Positions 19,826 to 29,434 of a stretch of DNA of 64,000 bases are shown piece by piece. Location of the stretch: assembly GCA_963843375.1 (NCBI GenBank), contig CAWJKT010000009.1:64001-128000 (forward strand), given 5' to 3'. Both the position numbers and the translations under genes were made by a program. Below the pieces are notes generated by a model. That model worked only from the letters and a program-made list of their open reading frames with translations, searched no databases and was not told the DNA's origin. Every line of letters begins with the position of its first letter. Position 1 is the stretch's first letter. Origin of the DNA: an uncultured Pseudomonadota bacterium (GTDB lineage Bacteria; Oederibacteriota; Muellerivitia; Muellerivitales; Muellerivitaceae).

Positions 19826-22053
19826 ATGAAACCGCCGCCAATCCGCTCTCGGTCGAAATCTTTCACGCGAAAAAAGCGGGACAGGGTCTTTTCAGTTGGA
19901 TCGCCACGGTGGATCACAAACGGATCGGCATTCTTTATTTGCTGACCGCTTTTTTCTTTTTCGGTGTGGGAGGCCTGGAAGCTTTGGTTATGCGCCTGCA
20001 ATTGGCCAAACCCAACAACCATCTTTTGTCCCCGGACGCCTATGACCAGCTTTTCACCATGCATGGAACCACCATGATCTTTTTGGTGGTGATGCCCACC
20101 CTGATCGGTTTCGCCAATTATTTTGTGCCTCTCATGATCGGCGCCAGGGACATGGCCTTTCCCCGGCTGAACGCGATGGGCTACTGGTTTTTTCCCTTCG
20201 GGGGTCTGCTTTTGCATTTCAGCCTTCTGGCGGGGGGCGCGCCTTCGGTGGGATGGTTCAGCTACGCGCCTTTAAGCGAGACGCCTTTCGCTTCCAGTCC
20301 CGGCGTGGATTACTGGATATTGGCCCTGTTCGCTTTGGGCATCGGTTCCATCGCCACCTCCATCAACCTGATCGCTACGGTGTTGGCTTTGCGCGCGCCC
20401 GGCCTGTCCATTCGCCGTCTGCCCCTGTTTGTTTGGATGGTGTTCGTCAATTCCTTCCTGTTGATCATGGCTATGCCCGCGCTAAATGCCGCCATCATCA
20501 TGCTGTTCATCGACCGCCAATTGAACGCCCACTTTTTTCTGCCCTCCCAAGGGGGGTCGGCCATTCTCTGGCAGCATTTCTTTTGGACTTTTGGCCATCC
20601 GGAGGTTTACATCATGGTCCTGCCGGCTTTCGGAATTATCTCAGAAGTCATTCCGGTTTTTTCCCGCAAGCCCATCTTCGGCTACGAATTCGTGGCCGGC
20701 TCCACGGTGGCCATCGCCCTGCTGAGCTTCGGAGTCTGGGCCCACCATATGTTCGCGGTGGGGTTGGGACAGCCCATGGATATTTTCTTCGCGGCCACCA
20801 GCATGATGATCGCGGTTCCCACGGGAGTGAAGGTTTTCAACTGGAGCGCCACCCTTTGGGGCGGCTCCATTCGCCTGACCACCTCGATGCTTTTCGCGGT
20901 GGCTTTTCTATTGCAGTTCACCATGGGGGGGTTGAGCGGAGTTACTTTCGCGGTGGTGCCAGTGGACTGGCAGGTGACGGATACCTATTATCTGGTCGCC
21001 CATTTCCATTACGTTCTTTTTGGCGGGTCACTTTTCGGCGTATTCGCGGGCATTTATTACTGGTTTCCGAAGATGACGGGGCGGCTTTTATCCGAATCCA
21101 TCGGAAAAGTTCACTTTTGGTTGACCGTCATCGGTTTCAATATGGCCTTTTTCGTTCAGCATTTCCTGGGACTGATGGGCATGACCCGGCGGGTTTATAC
21201 CTACCCGGATTTTCCCGGATGGGGACTGCTCAACATGATTTCCACGATTGGGGCTTTCATCCTGGGTTTTTCGGTTCTGGTATTGGTATGGAACATGTTT
21301 GTCAGTCTGAGGCGGGGCATGGCCGCGGGGGATAATCCTTGGAACGCCTGGACCCTTGAATGGGCCGCGTCATCCCCCCCGGCGGAAAATAATTTTGACC
21401 AGCTGCCGCCCATCCATGGGCGGCGGCCCCTTTGGGACCTGGCCCATCCCGAAAGCCCGGATGAGTCCGAGGCTTTCAAGGAGGGATCGATAGAGAAGCC
21501 GAAAGACAAAAATAAAATCGGAATGATGTGCTTTATCGCCTCTGAGGCGTTTTTCTTCGTCATGCTTTTGATCGCTTATATTTTTTATAACTTCTCGCAG
21601 CATCCGAATCCCGGATCCGAACTATTGAATCCCGTGAAAACCGGAATTTTCACCTTTTGTCTTTTGGCCAGCAGTTTGACTTATTGGCTGGCAGAGAAAA
21701 AACTGGAATCGAAAAACCACAACGGTTTCCTCGCCTGGTTGGCCGCCACGCTGGTCCTGGGCGGGGTCTTTCTAACGGGCCAGGCTATGGAATATTGGGA
21801 ACTTTTCCAGAAGGGTTTGACCGTCGGCGGGAATCTTTTCAGCGCTTCCTTTTTTATGGTGACCGGCCTGCACGGACTTCATGTGCTCATCGGGCTCATC
21901 GGCCTTCTGGTTGTCCTGGCCATGGCCTTGGCGGGTTATTTTAAAACGGGGAAAACCGGAGCGGTCAAGACCATCGGTCTCTACTGGCATTTCGTGGATG
22001 CGGTCTGGATCGCGGTCTTCACGAGTATTTATCTGGTGGGGGTGCGGACATGA
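19822..22053 (+). CDS. ctaD: A1-type heme-copper oxidase subunit I fused to subunit III
   Basis: DHKRIG, FGHPEVY, WAHHM, VAHFHY; C-terminal ASEAFFF, TGLHGLHV, YWHFVD. Confidence 0.94.
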   Translation: MNETAANPLSVEIFHAKKAGQGLFSWIATVDHKRIGILYLLTAFFFFGVGGLEALVMRLQLAKPNNHLLSPDAYDQLFTMHGTTMIFLVVMPTLIGFANYFVPLMIGARDMAFPRLNAMGYWFFPFGGLLLHFSLLAGGAPSVGWFSYAPLSETPFASSPGVDYWILALFALGIGSIATSINLIATVLALRAPGLSIRRLPLFVWMVFVNSFLLIMAMPALNAAIIMLFIDRQLNAHFFLPSQGGSAILWQHFFWTFGHPEVYIMVLPAFGIISEVIPVFSRKPIFGYEFVAGSTVAIALLSFGVWAHHMFAVGLGQPMDIFFAATSMMIAVPTGVKVFNWSATLWGGSIRLTTSMLFAVAFLLQFTMGGLSGVTFAVVPVDWQVTDTYYLVAHFHYVLFGGSLFGVFAGIYYWFPKMTGRLLSESIGKVHFWLTVIGFNMAFFVQHFLGLMGMTRRVYTYPDFPGWGLLNMISTIGAFILGFSVLVLVWNMFVSLRRGMAAGDNPWNAWTLEWAASSPPAENNFDQLPPIHGRRPLWDLAHPESPDESEAFKEGSIEKPKDKNKIGMMCFIASEAFFFVMLLIAYIFYNFSQHPNPGSELLNPVKTGIFTFCLLASSLTYWLAEKKLESKNHNGFLAWLAATLVLGGVFLTGQAMEYWELFQKGLTVGGNLFSASFFMVTGLHGLHVLIGLIGLLVVLAMALAGYFKTGKTGAVKTIGLYWHFVDAVWIAVFTSIYLVGVRT

Positions 22054-22859
22054 CCACTCGACAATTGCTTTTATCCACATGGGACTGGGATCCTTTACTG
22101 ATTGCCGGCTGTATCGCGGCCCTGTTTTTCTACGCCATTATTTGCCGGTTAAAATTCTCAAGAAAATCCGTTTTTTTTATCATAGGTGTTGTTCTTTTCT
22201 TTTTGGCCTTGGGTTCCCCGATCAATTTCCTGTCCAAGGGCATTCTGTTTAGCGCCCACATGCTTCAACACCTGATGTTGGTGTTGATGGTGCCTCCACT
22301 GATCCTATTAGGATTGCCGAACACCCGAAATCATCGCGATATCCTGTCGTATGTTCCTTGGGTGAAACATCCCCTCGTCGCCTGGCTTTCGGGTGTGGGA
22401 GCCATGTGGTTTTGGCATGTTCCGGCTTTCTGTGACGCCGCCGCGTCCAACGAATTGATCCATGCCGTCCAAACTTTTACACTTTTATTCCTGGGTATGC
22501 TTTTCTGGCGGCCCATCGTTGGTCCCAGAGTTGAGGAACGGCTTTCTCCACTGATTGGTATTCTTTATCTTTTCAGCGCTTGTATCGGCTGTTCGCTCCT
22601 GGGAATCTGGATTACCTTTGCGCCCGTCAGTGTTTGTCCGGTTTTCATGAGTCCCACAGCTTCCCCGGGAATTCTTGCGATGATCCGTGACGATTGGGGA
22701 CTGACGCCCGCCATGGACCAGCAAATCGGCGGTCTTTTGATGTGGGTTCCCCCTTGTTTTGTTTACCTCGGTGCAATTCTGGTTCTTTTGAGCCGTTTCT
22801 ACCGCCTACCGAGGAAAGCCGTTCCTTTCCCACCGAAAAAAGGAGCAAGAAATGAGTAA
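22050..22859 (+). CDS. ctaG: caa3 assembly factor (CtaG family)
   Basis: FSAHMLQHL, WFWHVP, DQQIGGLLMWVP. Confidence 0.88.
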   Translation: MTTRQLLLSTWDWDPLLIAGCIAALFFYAIICRLKFSRKSVFFIIGVVLFFLALGSPINFLSKGILFSAHMLQHLMLVLMVPPLILLGLPNTRNHRDILSYVPWVKHPLVAWLSGVGAMWFWHVPAFCDAAASNELIHAVQTFTLLFLGMLFWRPIVGPRVEERLSPLIGILYLFSACIGCSLLGIWITFAPVSVCPVFMSPTASPGILAMIRDDWGLTPAMDQQIGGLLMWVPPCFVYLGAILVLLSRFYRLPRKAVPFPPKKGARNE

Positions 22860-23073
22860 AAAAAGGACTGCCGGATCAACCTCTTTGCGTCCCGGCTGGA
22901 CCCACGTTCCGGACGAAAAAATTCCGCGGCCGACCTTTTGGCCCGCCGCGCTGGCCCTGGGCACGGTTCTTCTGCTTTGGGGTTTGGTGACTTCTTTCAT
23001 TATCACGACGGTGGGCTTCGTCCTTTTATTCTTGTCCATCGCCGGTTGGCTGGAGGAAATGCGCCATGAATGA
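22852..23073 (+). CDS. Small 2-TM protein, probable oxidase subunit IV-like
   Basis: IPRPTFWP...GWLEE; overlaps both neighbours. Confidence 0.65.
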   Translation: MSKKRTAGSTSLRPGWTHVPDEKIPRPTFWPAALALGTVLLLWGLVTSFIITTVGFVLLFLSIAGWLEEMRHE

Positions 23074-23572
23074 AAAAAATCATCCCAAGATGATCGGAGA
23101 AGCGAAAAAAATTTCCCGGCGGAATTTTTTTGAAAAGCTGATCTTCGTTCTCGGGGGTTTGATGACGGCGGCGGTCGGTCTGCCCATGGTCGGTTTTATT
23201 TTCAAGCCTCTCTTTAAATCCCTGCCACCGGTCTGGCGGTCCGTGGGTCCGGCGAATTCCTTTAAGATCGGCGAGACTGTCGCGGTGACTTTCCTTCAGG
23301 CTTCGCCTCTGCCCTGGGCGGGAGTTACGGCTAAAACTGCCGCTTGGCTGAGGAGGGAAAGCGCGGACAGTTTCACGGCCTTTTCCATCAGTTGTACCCA
23401 TCTGGGTTGTCCGGTGCGCTGGCGGCCCGAAGCACAGTTGTTCATGTGTCCCTGTCATGGCGGCATCTACTATAAAGACGGCGAGGTGGCTGCTGGGCCG
23501 CCGCCTCTTCCTTTGCCGCGTTATCCAGTAAGGGTCGTTAAAGACCAGGTTGAAATTTTAGTGACGCTCTAG
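23066..23572 (+). CDS. Rieske 2Fe-2S subunit
   Basis: Tat-like SRRNFF plus TM; CTHLGC and CPCHGG. Confidence 0.93.
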   Translation: MNEKNHPKMIGEAKKISRRNFFEKLIFVLGGLMTAAVGLPMVGFIFKPLFKSLPPVWRSVGPANSFKIGETVAVTFLQASPLPWAGVTAKTAAWLRRESADSFTAFSISCTHLGCPVRWRPEAQLFMCPCHGGIYYKDGEVAAGPPPLPLPRYPVRVVKDQVEILVTL

Positions 23573-23580
23573 GGGAAAAA

Positions 23581-24987
23581 TTGTTCAAAATCATTTTTAA
23601 AAAAATATATCAATGGCTAGAAGATCGCACAGGCCTTTTTAGCGTGGTTGGAAAAATGGCCAGCCATCCGGTGCCTTCCGGCGCCCGGTGGTGGTACGTG
23701 TTTGGCAGCGCGACCCTGTGCGCTTTTCTCATCCAGGTGGCCAGCGGAATCGCCCTGGCTCTTTACTATATCCCTTCGGCGGACGAGGCTTACCTCACCC
23801 TTCAATCCATCACCCACGATACGGCTTTTGGCAGTTTTGCCCGAGCTCTTCATTACTACGGCGCCTCCGCGATGGTGTTGATGGTGGGCATCCATATGGC
23901 CCAAGTGTTCCTGCAGGGGTCCTACAAGTTTCCACGGGAAATGAACTGGCTGACCGGAATCCTGCTGCTGGGGTTCACCCTGCTGATGGGATTCACGGGG
24001 CAAATCCTGCGCTGGGACCAGAATGCCGTCTGGACGGCGGTGGTAGCCGCAAAGCAGGCGGGCCGCGCTCCCTTCATCGGAGGCTTTCTATCGACGCTGA
24101 TACTGGGCGGTCCCGAGGTAGGCGGTTCTACCCTCAGCCGGCTTTTCGTAGTTCATGTTTTTCTTATTCCGGCTTTGGTATTCGCTTTCGTGGGACTTCA
24201 TTTACTGTTGGTCCTGCGCCACGGTATTTCAGAGCCCCCGAAGCCTGGAAAAAGGGTGAACCCGAAAACTTACCGGAAGGAATATGAGGCTTCACTGAAA
24301 AAGGACAGTGTTCCTTTTTGGCCCGACGCGATCTGGCGGGACATGGTTTTCGCAGCGGTGATGGTTTTTGGAATCATTCTCCTGGCTCTTATTTTTGGGC
24401 CGCCCGAACTGGGGCATCCTCCCGATCCCAGCCTGATCGACGCAAATCCCCGGCCCGACTGGTACTTAATGTGGTATTTCGCGGTGCTGGCCCTTTTGCC
24501 GCACGGCATTGAAAGTTTTTTCATGGTTTTCGCGCCGCTTCTGGCGGTGGTTCTTTTGATTTTGCTTCCTTTTATTTCCAACCACGGGGAGCGCAGTCCC
24601 AGCCGCCGCCCCTGGGCGGTAGCGGTAGTCGTTATGGTCGTCGTGATGATCGGGGCCTTTTGGTGGGCCGGTGTTAAATCCGACTGGTCGCCTAATTTCA
24701 ATCCAAAACCTTTATCCGCCGAAGTTATTGACGCCACCAGCGGCCCTATTTTGGCGGGAGCACGTCTTTTTGAGGTCAAGGGCTGTCTCAACTGCCATCT
24801 GATTCAAGGGGATGGAGGCCGTCGGGGTCCGGATTTATCCACGATTGGAGACAAACTCTCAGCAGACCAGATGATTCTACGTATTTCCAATGGCGCGCCC
24901 AATATGCCCTCTTACGCTTCCAACCTCACACCTATAGAAATGAATGAGCTGGTGACTTTTTTACAGTCACGCGTTAAAAAACCATAG
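23581..24987 (+). CDS. Cytochrome b with fused C-terminal cytochrome c
   Basis: RALHYYGA..H, PRE.NW..G, H..H helix, PDWY Qo motif, CLNCH. Confidence 0.92.
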   Translation: MFKIIFKKIYQWLEDRTGLFSVVGKMASHPVPSGARWWYVFGSATLCAFLIQVASGIALALYYIPSADEAYLTLQSITHDTAFGSFARALHYYGASAMVLMVGIHMAQVFLQGSYKFPREMNWLTGILLLGFTLLMGFTGQILRWDQNAVWTAVVAAKQAGRAPFIGGFLSTLILGGPEVGGSTLSRLFVVHVFLIPALVFAFVGLHLLLVLRHGISEPPKPGKRVNPKTYRKEYEASLKKDSVPFWPDAIWRDMVFAAVMVFGIILLALIFGPPELGHPPDPSLIDANPRPDWYLMWYFAVLALLPHGIESFFMVFAPLLAVVLLILLPFISNHGERSPSRRPWAVAVVVMVVVMIGAFWWAGVKSDWSPNFNPKPLSAEVIDATSGPILAGARLFEVKGCLNCHLIQGDGGRRGPDLSTIGDKLSADQMILRISNGAPNMPSYASNLTPIEMNELVTFLQSRVKKP

Positions 24988-25489
24988 GTCAATACACATC
25001 GGACTAAGTGTTACAGGATTTTTCTCCCAGTGGGGCTTCTTATTTCTTAGCGTTGCTCTCGGTTCTGAAACCTATTCGGATTAACTCTACTTTTGATCTA
25101 ACTTTCTAGTCCGTTACGTTTTTCCTTTCTTTTGCGTTTGTGTTGATAATAGGAGTTGAACAATATCGCCGAGTGGCCCTATGTAAATCTTATCCCGGGA
25201 GGTTTAGTTGGATTTCTAAAATTTGACAAAATTCATGGATTTCCAGGTTATGATCTTGAATTAGAGAAAAAAACTTTGAAAAAGTTCAAAGCGTAAAATT
25301 TTGATAGACACGGATAAGACACTCGTGCAAAATCAGTCTCCCTTTGGGAAGAGTGGGTTATAAAAGCCAGTTGGTTAGAGGTTTTTTTCCGTTAATTTGC
25401 GAGTTCTTCAAAATTGACTTACCGCCATAGGCGGCAGGTCAATTGGCTTGAAATGGCTTAAAATAAAACGGAAAAAATCGAGAAGCTAG

Positions 25490-25534
25490 CTTGTAAGCGG
25501 CAGGTCACCGGTCCGATTCCGGTCGCCAGCTCCA
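25490..25534 (+). tRNA. 3' half only of tRNA-Thr(TGT); probable att core of an integrative element
   Basis: CTTGTAA anticodon loop, GCGGC, AGGTC, T-arm ACCGG-TCCGATT-CCGGT, CGCCAGC-T-CCA; no matching 5' half upstream. Confidence 0.85.
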
Positions 25535-25567
25535 TTTTTTAAAAAATATGTTCCCAGCATGTTTTAA

Positions 25568-25613
25568 AAGCCTTTGCCTGTAAGGATTTTAGTGATCTTA
25601 CAGGCAAAGGCTT
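25568..25613 (+). terminator. 17-bp perfect inverted repeat after tRNA fragment, terminator-like
   Basis: AAGCCTTTGCCTGTAAG / CTTACAGGCAAAGGCTT followed by T-run. Confidence 0.65.
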
Positions 25614-25801
25614 ACTTTTTTGAAATGATCATCAAAGATCATCAGTGCTCCTAAAAATTCATAAAAAATCAAAACATAAGACTCCTATAAGACACCGAAG
25701 ATTTATTCATATTCCGATGGATATGACCTTGTCAACTTTAGTGACAGGAGTTAAAAGTAACAGGGTTTTAGTATTCCAAATGCAACCCTGGAAACCACGC
25801 C

Positions 25802-27678
25802 ATGAATTTCGGAAACTTTTTTAAAGCGATTGAGAAACACACTCCCCCAATATTGGTCGGTTTAGGGGTCTATTCAGGCTTTAAATTCACGCTTGAGGCC
25901 TTTGGGGTTATTGGTCTTTCTTTGACACCTTTTGACACTTTTGCGGCCCTTTCCGTGGGTTTTCTCTACATGTTTGAGAAGCATGTCCGTATTGACCATC
26001 TTTTAGCTTTTGCCCCCGCCGTTATAGCTCTTTCCTTTTGCCATGACTTTTTTGGGGTATTCCTGGGAAATGATGGATTTACCGGGGATGTGGTAATGGG
26101 GCTTTCCGTACTGATCGGCTTTTGTATTTACTTCATTCACTTCTTCATGCGCAAAACCTATGGAACACCAAGGGGAATCACCTGTAACCGAAGGAGGGAA
26201 ATTTTCCCTCTATTTGGACGCGGAGAACAAATATTTCATTCCAGACGAATTACTCAAATACCACACGGAGGTTATTGGATCTTCAGGGATGGGGAAAACC
26301 AATATCTTCAACTACATGATCGAGCAGGGAATTAAGAACGGAATTGGAATGTTCGTGTTCGATGCAAAATCCAATTACAACAAAACTATTCCCTATTACG
26401 CTTCCAAACACGGGCGACTTACTGATTTAAAATATTTCGATCTTGCTGATGTAAAACGGAGCCAGACCTATAACCCTGATTTCAAGGACAAACCGGATGA
26501 AGTTTTTAACGGTCTCATGAAGTCGATTTTTTATGGCCCGGTAACCCAGGAATTTTATCGTGACCAGGCCAGTGACGTTTTGAGCAACTTGACCAACCTT
26601 CTTTTCTTGGAGTTCAAGCACGTTACCCGGATGGATTATCAGAACCTTATATCCAACGAAATCAGGTCTTTTGCGACGATCAAAGCTTTGGCACGGAAGA
26701 CACGAAGAACACGGTTTCGGGAAAATACTTCCTGGAAAAATGGGTCAAAATGTCCGAGAAGGATAGGGAGCTGAACCTTTCAGGACTCACCAGCAAACTT
26801 GCAAGGTTCACCAGTCGGGAATGGTCCCCCCTTATCAATACCTTAAACCCAGATATCAAGATGAAGGATGTGGTTGAGAAACAACAGATATTCCTATTTG
26901 GAACATCTTCCCTGGTGAACCAGGAAGATTCCAAACCGGTCATTATTTCGGCCCTTATTGATCTTGGCGGGGGTTATAGGGCGGAGGCTTATTGAGAAGC
27001 CCGAAAGGCCCTTTTTTGTCTTTTTGGACGAGTTCTATACCGCCGCTTATCCGGGCCTCAATGACCTTATTTCCTTAGGGCGGGAAGCCAATGTTTGCTT
27101 CTTCCTTGCCCACCACAGCCTGGGCCAGTTGGGGGCGGTCAGCCAGGAATTCAAGGACGATATTCTTACTAACACCAACCACAAAATCGTCATGAATATC
27201 ACGGAGAAAGATACGGTCGATTTCTTTGCCTCGATATTCGGGACCAAAGTCACCAAGAAGGATGTTTATTCCTATGACACCCGTATTTCTCAACCTAAGG
27301 GAAGGACCGAGAAACAGGATGAGGAGTTCATCATTCATCCCAATTATTTAAGGGGAATGAAACGCGGGGAAGCGGTCTGCCGGATCGTTTATGTTTCTGG
27401 CCCCAAGGTATTCAAGATGAAATTGAAAGAAGTCAAACCGCCGCCTAGGGGATTTGATTATGTGGGTTGTGTTCCGATTCGAAATAACCATTTGAAAACA
27501 AATGATTCGAACAAAATTGAAGTTCCGGATTAGCGAGACGCCATCCAAAACAACCCCTCCAAAAAAAGAAGCAAAAGCCCCGGCCAAAAGTAAGCCTGTG
27601 GAGGTTGATCAACCCGACACGGAATTTATATCCAATGGAGAAAATTATAAAAAGACAAAGAAAGGAGAAGCGCATTGA
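25802..27678 (+). pseudogene. Type IV coupling protein (TraD/VirD4-like), about four frameshifts
   Basis: N-terminal TMs, Walker A GSSGMGKT, VFDAK, YNP, Walker B FLDEF, GREA, ILTNT across successive frames; reconstructed end overlaps next TTG. Confidence 0.78.
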
Positions 27679-28487
27679 AGGCAATGATGGAAATAACGGA
27701 TTTGGAAACCGAACATCTGGTCTGGATTCATTCCAATAAATTCACGACTCCCGAATTATTCCACAAAAAATTCATGCCTAATCAGAGTTCCAGAAACGCC
27801 TACAAAATCCTAAAAAAATACGTAAACCCTGAAAGAGAACTTTTACATGTTCTGAAAACACCGGTGGGGAACAGTAATCTTTTCTTCTTAACCGCAGGGG
27901 CGTTGAGAAGTTTGGATGAAAACAACAAGATTTTGGTTAGGAGCAATAAATACCCGGTCAAAATCAACAACCACGAGAAAGAGCACGACCTAATGGTACA
28001 GACGGCTCGAATAAGATTCGAGTCATTGGAGGAACTGAAGGATATTTTTTGGGTTTCAGACTTTGAGATGAGATCAGGAATTACACCTTCCATTAAAGCT
28101 GAATACCTGGAAGGGAAGTTGAATAAGGAAAGGTGGCGTTCCAATGGGGCTAACCCCAATCCAAAAGGAAGAAGAACCCCGGATGGTTATTTTGAGGCTG
28201 ATATTGAAGGACCGAAGAATTTCGTTTTGCCTTTGAGCTTGAGAACCACCATTACAACGACGTAATCCTTCAAAGAATGACGGAGAATTTAAGAGGATGG
28301 TTTTCCTCGTGCCCTCAAGCTAATTGTATCCGCAACTCCAGGAAATGCGGTTCGAATGATCCGATCTCTTCAATCAAGGATTAAACCTGAGGAACAAAAC
28401 CAATGGTTTGTTTCCGATTTTGAAAGGGTGACTACCAAGCCATTCAAAAAATGCTGGCACCAATTGAATCATCCATTGGTGGATTAG
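27675..28487 (+). pseudogene. Replication-relaxation-family protein, about two frameshifts
   Basis: wHTH-like N-terminus, EHDL, W.SDFE.R, RTPDGYF; AFELE continues in shifted frame; coupled to T4CP. Confidence 0.62.
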
Positions 28488-28511
28488 TGAAATTTAAGGA
28501 AAAATGACCAC

Positions 28512-28540
28512 TTGAAAAAGTGTCAACCATAGATGACAAT
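28512..28540 (+). promoter_or_regulatory. sigma70 promoter with overlapping TA operator
   Basis: TTGAAA-N17-GACAAT; palindrome TGTCA-N8-TGACA at 28521-28538. Confidence 0.6.
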
Positions 28541-28555
28541 AGATAGGAGAGGTAA

Positions 28556-28906
28556 TTGGAAACAACGCCTTTTGAATTAAAGGATTATGAAACTCCTGAT
28601 GGCCGATGCCCTTACCAGGAATGGTATTCAGAGTTGGTCAAAAAGGACTTAAGGTCGGCAGTTGCTTTGGAAAAAAGGATTAGGCGGTTGGAGCAAGGTC
28701 TGCTGGGAGACTACAAAGAAATCGAAGAGGGGATTCTTGAACTGAGAATCCATTTAGGTCAGGGGTTTCGACTCTATGTCAGAAAAATTGGCAAGACCAT
28801 GATGCTTTTACTTGTTGGTGGGGAAAAGGGCAACCAAGAGCAGGACATCCGTAATGCCTTTAAATATTGGTATGAATTTAAAAGCCGAAATAAAGGAGTA
28901 AAGTGA
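28556..28906 (+). CDS. RelE/ParE-family addiction module killer protein
   Basis: RIRRLEQG.LGD.K....GI.ELRIH.GQG.RLY, LLLVGG.K..QE.DI. Confidence 0.88.
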   Translation: METTPFELKDYETPDGRCPYQEWYSELVKKDLRSAVALEKRIRRLEQGLLGDYKEIEEGILELRIHLGQGFRLYVRKIGKTMMLLLVGGEKGNQEQDIRNAFKYWYEFKSRNKGVK

Positions 28907-29205
28907 TGAAAGGATTAAGGGATCATAAATCCGCAATCGTTGAGCGGTTAAAAAACGATGAACGTTTTAGAAAAGCGTATTTGAGCGAAGCGCTAAATGA
29001 AGATGAACCAGCTGTTGTTCTATCCATGCTCCGCGACATTGTGGATGCGACCAGGGGATTTACAAAACTAGCAAAAGAAACAGGTTTGGCCAGGCAAAGT
29101 CTTTACAAGGTCTTGTCAGATAAAGGGAATCCGGAATTTGGTAGTGTTTGGAAGATTGTCCGCATATTGCGAAAAAAGAATCAAACTTTGGTTTACGCTC
29201 GATAA
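28903..29205 (+). CDS. Addiction module antidote protein (HTH)
   Basis: YL..AL, LAKETGLARQSLYKVLS..GNP.F. Confidence 0.88.
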   Translation: MMKGLRDHKSAIVERLKNDERFRKAYLSEALNEDEPAVVLSMLRDIVDATRGFTKLAKETGLARQSLYKVLSDKGNPEFGSVWKIVRILRKKNQTLVYAR

Positions 29206-29305
29206 ACGTCCATTTCTCCACGTTAAATCCAATAAGTTCAAATTTAAGTAATTTCCCAGGATATTGTTAACCGGGTTAAAATTGTTTAGTTATACGGTAT
29301 TTAGG

Positions 29306-29333
29306 TGTCCACGACGGGGACCCATCCTGGACA
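29306..29333 (+). repeat. 28-bp palindromic site, copy 1
   Basis: TGTCCACGACGGG GA CCCATCCTGGACA. Confidence 0.92.
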
Positions 29334-29434
29334 ACTAAATGTTATGTTCGAAATGTTGAAGGTTGGAAACCAAACCAAGAGATCGTCGCGCCAGCCCGCA
29401 ATCCGACCCTTTTTTTCTGAACCTGGGAGAAAAC

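Noticed and set aside
25000..25296. AT-rich stretch resembling a gene remnant (…GFLKFDKIHGFPGYDLELEKK…)
   Set aside because: No clear start, continuous frame or recognisable family.
25441..25534. Intact tRNA-Thr gene
   Set aside because: The 5' acceptor strand, D-arm and 5' anticodon stem are absent, and the T-loop reads TCCGATT.
29334..29434. TPP riboswitch upstream of the thiO-like gene
   Set aside because: No recognisable conserved TPP aptamer motifs.
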